Below, in pieces: positions 1 through 5,547 of a DNA stretch of 25,514 nucleotides. Under the pieces are notes generated by a model. The model was not told the DNA's origin. It did no database searches and saw only the letters and a list, made by a program, of their open reading frames with translations. The position numbers were made by a program, and so were the translations under genes. Every line of letters starts with the position of its first letter. Position 1 is the first letter of the stretch. Source of the stretch: a virus (lineage: Duplodnaviria; Caudoviricetes); the IMG/VR virus record IMGVR_UViG_3300012953_000202, positions 1 to 25,514 of that record. One strand, given 5' to 3'.

Positions 1-25
1 TCCAAACCAACGCAGTCTTTAACTA

Positions 26-178
26 ATGAGCACATCAACAGCAATCCGTTATTGGACACCCAACGACCAGCGACAGTCTAGGCGTATCACGTTCAACACT
101 TATCAGAAGGCGTTGGACATGCTGACATTCTATCAGGGTGCAGGTATCAGGTGTGAACTCATCGCACCTGGATTCTAA
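26..178 (+). CDS. Small hypothetical phage protein, 50 aa (MSTSTAIRYWTPNDQRQSRRITFNTYQKALDMLTFYQGAGIRCELIAPGF); not in the supplied ORF track
   Basis: Translated by hand: ATG at 26, TAA at 176-178, 1 nt before the next ATG (180). Tight packing is typical of cyanophage early small-ORF clusters. Confidence 0.7.
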   Translation: MSTSTAIRYWTPNDQRQSRRITFNTYQKALDMLTFYQGAGIRCELIAPGF

Positions 179-179
179 C

Positions 180-362
180 ATGACTAGCAGACAACTCGCT
201 AAACTTGCTAAGAAATTAGGATGGGTGCTTACACGTCACGGCAGCAAGCACCACATTTATTCTCATGAGAATACAACAAAGCAAGTCACGATCCCATATA
301 GCACCCGTGATTGGGCCAGCGTCCTAATCAAGCGACAGTTACAGAGTGTAACGCTATCTTGA
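180..362 (+). CDS. hicA: HicA/YcfA-like mRNA interferase (dsRBD-like fold), 60 aa
   Basis: MTSRQLAKLAKKLGWVLTRHGSKHHIYSH...VTIPY matches the HicA pattern (helix, GW/F, R-x-G-S-(x)-H, xxY/FxH, VTVP). ATG 180 is preferred over GTG 138, which would overlap the upstream ORF. Confidence 0.75.
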   Translation: MTSRQLAKLAKKLGWVLTRHGSKHHIYSHENTTKQVTIPYSTRDWASVLIKRQLQSVTLS

Positions 363-387
363 TTCATTCACCCACATCCTCTATAAT
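359..387 (+). promoter_or_regulatory. Sigma70-type (early) promoter TTGATT-N17-TATAAT
   Basis: TTGATT at 359-364, 17-nt spacer, perfect TATAAT at 382-387, followed by AGGAGT and ATG 394. Confidence 0.75.
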
Positions 388-393
388 AGGAGT

Positions 394-594
394 ATGAAAA
401 ACATCTTTCTTACTAACGCCGCCGCCCGTAAAGATCCAGCAGTGATCGCAGCAATAGCAGCAATCCTAGAACGCATAGAGCGTACGGGATCGGATGAACT
501 TCCAATTCCTGGTTGCCAACCTCACACCCGTGAGATATCACCAGTCAATTTCTTACAAGATGTCATGGACGACTTAGGCGATCCACGGTTCTAA
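394..594 (+). CDS. Hypothetical early phage protein, 66 aa
   Basis: ORF with its own promoter, AGGAG directly upstream and a terminator directly downstream. No family recognised. Confidence 0.75.
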   Translation: MKNIFLTNAAARKDPAVIAAIAAILERIERTGSDELPIPGCQPHTREISPVNFLQDVMDDLGDPRF

Positions 595-605
595 CAGTCT
601 AACAC

Positions 606-633
606 ACCCTGTCCGATATGACAGGGTTTTTTT
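606..633 (+). terminator. Rho-independent terminator
   Basis: Stem ACCCTGTC (606-613), loop CGATAT, stem GACAGGGT (620-627), then a T run to 633. Starts 11 nt after the stop at 594. Confidence 0.9.
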
Positions 634-708
634 GTGGGTGCGGTGCGTGGGGGTTCGCCGAGTGGGACTCCTAACCATTTGAAAGTCTACAAAAGTATCC
701 CAACGAGA

Positions 709-716
709 TATAAATA
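709..716 (+). promoter_or_regulatory. T4-type late promoter (gp55 sigma) TATAAATA
   Basis: Exact T4 late consensus in intergenic DNA ahead of the late small-ORF/PAAR cluster. Confidence 0.75.
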
Positions 717-774
717 TTTCTGCGAAATTGAATATTCAAAACCTTGATTTTGAAAAAAATTTTCCAGCAAAAAT

Positions 775-803
775 TTGCCCTAAAAACCTGAGTATGATAT
801 AAT
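775..803 (+). promoter_or_regulatory. Possible sigma70-type promoter TTGCCC-N17-TATAAT with extended -10 TG
   Basis: TTGCCC at 775-780, TG at 795-796, TATAAT at 798-803. The -10 box overlaps the ATG at 802. Confidence 0.35.
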
Positions 804-1044
804 GGAACAAACAAAAGATGAAATCGCACATCAGCAACTCTTGGAGAATCCGAAGTATGCTGTACACGTGCATGATAGTCAAATTAAACGGATATCCGAA
901 GTACTTGAAGAACTTGCAAGTAGAGTAATAGCACTTGAAGACAAACTAATAGACTTGGATTTAAACGTAAGATTCAATAAAACACCATCCCCCGATGGTC
1001 CGCCCGAACCACCTTCAGGAAAAGACTATGGAACAACAACGTAA
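802..1044 (+). CDS. Hypothetical protein, 80 aa, coiled-coil with Pro-rich tail
   Basis: Heptad-like ISEVLEELASRVIALEDKLIDL; first ORF after the late promoter. Confidence 0.7.
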   Translation: MEQTKDEIAHQQLLENPKYAVHVHDSQIKRISEVLEELASRVIALEDKLIDLDLNVRFNKTPSPDGPPEPPSGKDYGTTT

Positions 1045-1273
1045 TATGGAAGACATCTTAGATAACTTTGAAGAATTCTGTGATAACTTTGAGTTCTCAG
1101 CAGCAAAACGATTTTCAGGAATAGATAATGACTCAAGAGAACCAATTAACAATGCAGAAGTGCAACGAGTTACTCCAACAGTTGTCAGAGAAGTTGACGA
1201 TGGTGGAACAGAGGGTGTCAAATTTAGAGTACCCCCAATTGATGTACAAGCGTCCGAAATCACAGAGTCATGA
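1028..1273 (+). CDS. Hypothetical acidic protein (MEQQRNMEDILDNFEEFCDNFEFSAAKRF...)
   Basis: ATG 1028 preferred to 995 because it overlaps the upstream gene less. Amphipathic acidic helix at the N-terminus; the C-terminal part overlaps the next ORF in another frame. Confidence 0.55.
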   Translation: MEQQRNMEDILDNFEEFCDNFEFSAAKRFSGIDNDSREPINNAEVQRVTPTVVREVDDGGTEGVKFRVPPIDVQASEITES

Positions 1274-1349
1274 AGAGATTGCTGAGACACTTGACTATCT
1301 ACATAATTCAGTAGAGGAGTTGAAGAAATGGCAGTCCCAGGACCAATAG
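1128..1349 (+). CDS. Hypothetical coiled-coil protein, 73 aa (…LMYKRP…ETLDYLHNSVEELKK)
   Basis: Heptad pattern. Resembles, from recollection only, small conserved ORFs upstream of PAAR/gp25 in cyanomyophages. Confidence 0.7.
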   Translation: MTQENQLTMQKCNELLQQLSEKLTMVEQRVSNLEYPQLMYKRPKSQSHEEIAETLDYLHNSVEELKKWQSQDQ

Positions 1350-1681
1350 CAACATCTGGTAGTCCAGTAGCAACAGGACACCTATGTGCAGTTACCACTA
1401 CACTCAATCCAGTAACATGTTCATTAGATGTTATGGCAGGTGCTAAAGGTAATCCTATTGACGTTGGTAAGAATGTTGCTATGATGGGATCAACGACAGT
1501 ACCACATCTGGCAGGTGTACCTCCAGTATGTGTTGCACATATTGCACCAGTTACCACAGGTATTCCAACTGTTTTAGTTAACAAGAAACCTGTGGCAGTA
1601 AGTGGAAGTTTATGCGACTTGGGTACGATCACTGGTGGAATACCCTCTGTGATTGTTGGTACGAATGTATCAGGATTGTAA
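1328..1681 (+). CDS. PAAR-repeat baseplate spike-tip protein (T4 gp5.4-like)
   Basis: 117 aa with degenerate PAAR repeats (PIAT.G, NVAMMG, TVLVNKKPVAVSG), candidate metal ligands TGHLC, PH...CVAH and LC, a C-terminal G.PSVIVG, and location upstream of gp25. Confidence 0.85.
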   Translation: MAVPGPIATSGSPVATGHLCAVTTTLNPVTCSLDVMAGAKGNPIDVGKNVAMMGSTTVPHLAGVPPVCVAHIAPVTTGIPTVLVNKKPVAVSGSLCDLGTITGGIPSVIVGTNVSGL

Positions 1682-1764
1682 GGAATTGTTTCAATATCAT
1701 GATATTAATATTATAATGCCCCCGTGACACATATATAATACACTATATTATTTGAATTTAATTC

Positions 1765-1899
1765 ATGGCTATTATGACTGATGGGAATTACATTCCTGCA
1801 AAACCTAAGACAACTCGTCAAGGGATGTCAAAGAATACGAAGCTTAGTGCGACAGCACGAAACGGGCGTAAGAAAAGATACCGAGGACAAGGGAGATGA
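1765..1899 (+). CDS. Small very basic protein, 44 aa (MAIMTDGNYIPAKPKTTRQGMSKNTKLSATARNGRKKRYRGQGR); not in the ORF track
   Basis: ATG at 1765, TGA at 1897-1899 in an ATGA overlap with the next ORF. The KKRYRGQGR ending matches my recollection of a small ORF near PAAR/gp25 in T4-like marine phages. Confidence 0.8.
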   Translation: MAIMTDGNYIPAKPKTTRQGMSKNTKLSATARNGRKKRYRGQGR

Positions 1900-2516
1900 C
1901 TAAGACCTCTCCAAACCCCGACTCCGACCCGAACGCCGAAGACTCCGAGATGATTACTGTATTTGGAAATGAAAAGTTTAAGCAAGTTATAAAGTTTGGT
2001 ATACCTATACCAGACTATTATATTGCTGAAGATGGTACTCCTTTAAGTACTAGAACTAAAGCTGGGAAAATTCTTAAGAAATCCCCCCGATCAAAAGGAA
2101 CGAATCATAAGAAAAATACCCATGTGTATCCCCGAATGAACTGTACTGTTGCTGAAGATTGGGGTCCAGATCACTTCCAATACTATAAAGATAATCAAGG
2201 TGCTAGACATATTACTGTAGACCTCCATAGAGCAGTCATGGATGTTTGGAGACCTATTGATAAGTATCCACCTGATCGTTTAGCAGCTGATTGGGATAAA
2301 GCACCTGAATCCTTTAAGCAATGGGTAAGAGAAACAGTTGTAGTTGATCACATAGATGACGATACAATGAATTGCGATGTTACAAATCTTAGATACTGTA
2401 CACCTAGACAGAATTCTCCTAAGATTAAACAAGCAGAAATGAAGCAACAAAATCACGATGGATCTGGGTGGATTATTCATAAAAAAGAAGATGATGAAAA
2501 CAGACAAAAGCGATGA
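1896..2516 (+). CDS. Free-standing HNH homing endonuclease (HNH_3 type, NUMOD4-like N-terminus)
   Basis: IPDYYIAEDG N-terminal motif; LHRAVMDVW; VVDHIDDDTMNCDVTNLRYCTPRQN beta-beta-alpha-metal motif. True start may be ATG 1950. Confidence 0.85.
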   Translation: MTKTSPNPDSDPNAEDSEMITVFGNEKFKQVIKFGIPIPDYYIAEDGTPLSTRTKAGKILKKSPRSKGTNHKKNTHVYPRMNCTVAEDWGPDHFQYYKDNQGARHITVDLHRAVMDVWRPIDKYPPDRLAADWDKAPESFKQWVRETVVVDHIDDDTMNCDVTNLRYCTPRQNSPKIKQAEMKQQNHDGSGWIIHKKEDDENRQKR

Positions 2517-2658
2517 CTTCATTAAGTCTGGTAAAAGACTTATAACTGATCAAGACTCAGATAAAATTCTATCTGATATCTCCAAACATAATGTAACTAA
2601 AAATAATGCTAGAATTTCAACACAGGACAGCGAATCTATTTCCGACCTTTCTCGTTGA
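2491..2658 (+). CDS. Small hypothetical protein (MMKTDKSDDFIKSGKRLITDQDSDKIL...)
   Basis: ATG 2491/2494 after an A/G-rich stretch, preferred to 2458. The DKSxxFxKSGxxLITD motif resembles, from recollection, a small ORF commonly just upstream of gp25 in cyanomyophages. Confidence 0.65.
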   Translation: MMKTDKSDDFIKSGKRLITDQDSDKILSDISKHNVTKNNARISTQDSESISDLSR

Positions 2659-3319
2659 GTTTAAATTAGAAGATTGCGAATCGTTTAATAAATCCGTAGC
2701 AGAGTATCTCTATGCGGAAAGAGAAAAGAATCCAAACCCAGAGAACAACTATTCTGCGAATGGACCCCATGCATGGCACTCTGAGAAGAATTTACACCTT
2801 CTAGATGAACAATGGTCTATAGACTTATATAATCTTATTATTAATAGTTCATCAGTGTATGCTAATAAGCAAGAGATTCCAAAAACTGCTTATATTGAGT
2901 GTTGGGGTATGATCTTACCATATGCTTGTTATTCAAACTACCATACTCATCCTGCATGTAATATTAGTGGAACATATTGGGTACAAGTACCAAAAGAAAT
3001 GGTAGGTGTGGAAGAAAAGGATGGGGATACAATAGGAGGAAGGTTCTGTGTACCTGATCCTAGAAGTGGTGCTTCAGCAGGATTGGATGTCCTACCAACA
3101 TTTGCTAAAGTACCTGTACCTGGTCATGGTCTAACATTTGGTAGTTGGATGCCACACTGGGTTGAGAGTCATTATTTTGAAGAAGATAGAATTGCATTAT
3201 CATGGAATCTTACATTGGGTAAAGACATAGGAGATGTTAAACAACCAGAAAATCATTCTGATAGAAGAGTCAAGAAAATCATTACACCTCCAACAACTCC
3301 GCAGAAAATAATTTTATAA
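2606..3319 (+). CDS. 2OG-Fe(II) oxygenase superfamily protein (TIGR02466-like)
   Basis: NLFPT N-terminus, W...Y...HTHP...ISGTYWVQVP, F..PDPR, FGSWMPHWV, RIALSWNL. This is the HxH...H...RxxxSxN double-stranded beta-helix pattern of the family. Confidence 0.85.
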   Translation: MLEFQHRTANLFPTFLVEFKLEDCESFNKSVAEYLYAEREKNPNPENNYSANGPHAWHSEKNLHLLDEQWSIDLYNLIINSSSVYANKQEIPKTAYIECWGMILPYACYSNYHTHPACNISGTYWVQVPKEMVGVEEKDGDTIGGRFCVPDPRSGASAGLDVLPTFAKVPVPGHGLTFGSWMPHWVESHYFEEDRIALSWNLTLGKDIGDVKQPENHSDRRVKKIITPPTTPQKIIL

Positions 3320-3322
3320 TCG

Positions 3323-3329
3323 CTAAATA
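3323..3329 (+). promoter_or_regulatory. Late promoter variant CTAAATA upstream of gp25
   Basis: TAAATA core in the short intergenic gap, ending 26 nt before the gp25 ATG. Confidence 0.6.
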
Positions 3330-3355
3330 CTACTGACTTTGTATATTGTCGGTAG

Positions 3356-3748
3356 ATGACGACCAAGTTGTCCTTTAAGGATATTAATATTACATTTAAA
3401 AAGCATCCCGTTACTAATGACTTAGTTGTTAGTAGGGATGCTTCTGCTATTAAGCAAGCATTAACTAATTTATTGCTTACTAATAAAGGAGAACGTCTAT
3501 TTAACCCAAGATACGGATCAAATATAAGAAACTATCTATTTGAACCACTAGACTATGGTACTGCAGCTCAAATACGTACAAATATTGTTTACACTATAAA
3601 CAAATTTGAACCAAGAGTAGATTTGGAGAATATTGATGTATTTCCAAATTTTGATGATAATGGCTTTGAAGTTGAAATGGTTTATACTATAGATGGTTTA
3701 GATACTCCACCTACTGCTGTAGAATTCTTCCTTGCAAGGACTCGCTGA
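3356..3748 (+). CDS. gp25: Baseplate wedge subunit gp25 (GPW/gp25 family)
   Basis: FKDI...F..HPVTNDL, AIKQALTNLLLTNKGERLFNPRYGSNI..YLFEPLD, I.KFEPRV: canonical gp25 motifs. Confidence 0.95.
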   Translation: MTTKLSFKDINITFKKHPVTNDLVVSRDASAIKQALTNLLLTNKGERLFNPRYGSNIRNYLFEPLDYGTAAQIRTNIVYTINKFEPRVDLENIDVFPNFDDNGFEVEMVYTIDGLDTPPTAVEFFLARTR

Positions 3749-5547
3749 TGCCATATACTCAACTAAACAATTTAGATTTTATTGATATCAAAACGACTCT
3801 CACAGAATATATGAGAGCACAAACTGATTTCACTGACTACGACTTTGAAGGGTCTGCAATAAGTCAAATCCTTGATGTGATGGCGTATAACACGTATTAC
3901 ACCGCCTTCAATACGAATATGGTGGTCAATGAGTTATTCCTTGACTCAGCAACTCTCAGAGATAATGTAGTATCATTAGCAAAGCAGTTGGGGTACTCTC
4001 CTAAGTCTGTTACTGCACCTACTGCTAGTATTGATTTAGAATTGACATTCACTCAATCTGCACCAGCATCTGTTGTTTATAAAGCTGGTAGTGGGTTTAT
4101 AACAAATTATGATGATACTTTATATCGTTATGTTTTAAATGAAGACTATGAAGTAATTGTTGATAATAAAGTCGCTTCATTTACTGATATGAAAGTATAT
4201 GAAGGATCTTTGATGAGAATGAGGTCATCAGTTGATCTATCAATAAAACAGAAATTCCTTATTGATAATTCTTCAGTTGATACTAATACAATACAAGTAA
4301 AGGTATACCCTACTGCATCTTCTATTGTTTTTGATACCTATAAAGTATCTAATAATATATTAGATGTTGGTGCTGATGATAAGGTATTTTTTATTAATGA
4401 ACAAGAAGATGAGAATTACGAGATCTTCTTTGGTGACGGTGTTTTGGGAAGAAAATTAGAAGATGGTGAGGTAGTTGAAATAAGTTACATTATAACAAAT
4501 GGTGATGCTACTAATGGAGCAAATCTGTTCAAGTTTAATGGAATATTACAAGATGAGAATGGTAATGTAATACAGCAACCATTTGCTAATTCTAATTTAG
4601 TTACTAAGTCTATTGCTTCTGGTGGAGCACAAATAGAAAGTATTGATAAGATTAAATATAATGCTCCTAAGTACTTTGGTTCACAGAATAGAGCAGTTAC
4701 TGCAAATGATTATAAAGCAATTGTTAGAAACATATATCCATCAATAAGTGATATTATTGTATTTGGTGGAGAGGAACAAGAACCACCTGCATATGGTAAA
4801 GTCTTTCTTTCTGTAAAACCTACTGAAGCAGCAAGCTTGTCTTCTTATACAAAGAATCAATTGGTTAAAGAGTTGAAACAATATACTGTTGCTTCAATTA
4901 AACCAGAATTTATTAACCCATCAGTTTTATATGTTGAATTGAATAGTAAAATATATTACGATGGTAATAAAACAAAATTAATAGAACAAGAAGTTGCTGC
5001 TAAAGCTGCAACAGGAATAACAGAATACCTTAAAACTTCTAATACAGAGAAATTTAACGGAAAGTTTAGGTATAGTAAATTTATTAGTGTCATTGATAAT
5101 TCTAATACTTTTATTAATTCAAATGATACTGATCTTACTATGAGGAAAGATTTTATAGCACAGATAAATTCATCCTCATATTATGAAGTATGTTTTCAAA
5201 ATCCATTCTATAACGATTGTGATAATTCTGTCGTTCATTCCACTGGGATGACTGTATTTGAATATCCAGAATATACATCATATCTAGAAGATAGAGATGG
5301 TAAAATAGTCCTATATAGACTAGATTCCACATCTAGTGAAAAAATCTTATTGAATGATTCTGTGGGAACAGTTGATTATGATAAAGGTGAAGTTCAATTA
5401 TATGACTTTACTATTTTAAAAGGTACTTATTCTGATAATCGTATTGAGTTACGTGTTAAACCTGCTAATAAGGATATTGAAGTTAAACGTGAGGCGTATC
5501 TAGATGTAGATGTGTCAAAGAGTAAATTTATTGCATATAAAGAGTGA
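3748..5547 (+). CDS. gp6: Baseplate wedge subunit gp6
   Basis: LDF..IK..L..Y...Q..FTDYDFEGS....LDV.AYNTYY.AFN.NM..NE.FLDSA.LR..VVSLAK.LGY.P.S, FGDGVLG, ESID.IK..AP.....QNRAVT..DY. TGATG coupling to gp25. Confidence 0.95.
   Translation: MPYTQLNNLDFIDIKTTLTEYMRAQTDFTDYDFEGSAISQILDVMAYNTYYTAFNTNMVVNELFLDSATLRDNVVSLAKQLGYSPKSVTAPTASIDLELTFTQSAPASVVYKAGSGFITNYDDTLYRYVLNEDYEVIVDNKVASFTDMKVYEGSLMRMRSSVDLSIKQKFLIDNSSVDTNTIQVKVYPTASSIVFDTYKVSNNILDVGADDKVFFINEQEDENYEIFFGDGVLGRKLEDGEVVEISYIITNGDATNGANLFKFNGILQDENGNVIQQPFANSNLVTKSIASGGAQIESIDKIKYNAPKYFGSQNRAVTANDYKAIVRNIYPSISDIIVFGGEEQEPPAYGKVFLSVKPTEAASLSSYTKNQLVKELKQYTVASIKPEFINPSVLYVELNSKIYYDGNKTKLIEQEVAAKAATGITEYLKTSNTEKFNGKFRYSKFISVIDNSNTFINSNDTDLTMRKDFIAQINSSSYYEVCFQNPFYNDCDNSVVHSTGMTVFEYPEYTSYLEDRDGKIVLYRLDSTSSEKILLNDSVGTVDYDKGEVQLYDFTILKGTYSDNRIELRVKPANKDIEVKREAYLDVDVSKSKFIAYKE

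Noticed and set aside
138-179. GTG-start N-terminal extension of the HicA-like ORF
   Set aside because: Overlaps the 26-178 ORF; ATG 180 gives a normal HicA length and tight coupling.
634-666. G-quadruplex in the G-rich tract
   Set aside because: The G runs (3, 2, 5, 3) support at most a weak two-tier structure; kept only as part of the non-coding element finding.
1015-1632. 205-aa minus-strand ORF
   Set aside because: Antisense shadow of the PAAR and small + strand genes; no recognisable motifs, and all credible genes are on +.
2280-2522. 80-aa hydrophobic minus-strand ORF
   Set aside because: Antisense to the HNH catalytic region; hydrophobicity reflects the A-rich sense strand.
1328-5547. 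Type VI secretion or extracellular contractile injection system reading of PAAR + gp25 + baseplate genes
   Set aside because: T4 late promoters, cyanophage-style gp6/gp7/gp8/VrlC order, an HNH gene and early phage ORFs all indicate a T4-like phage genome.
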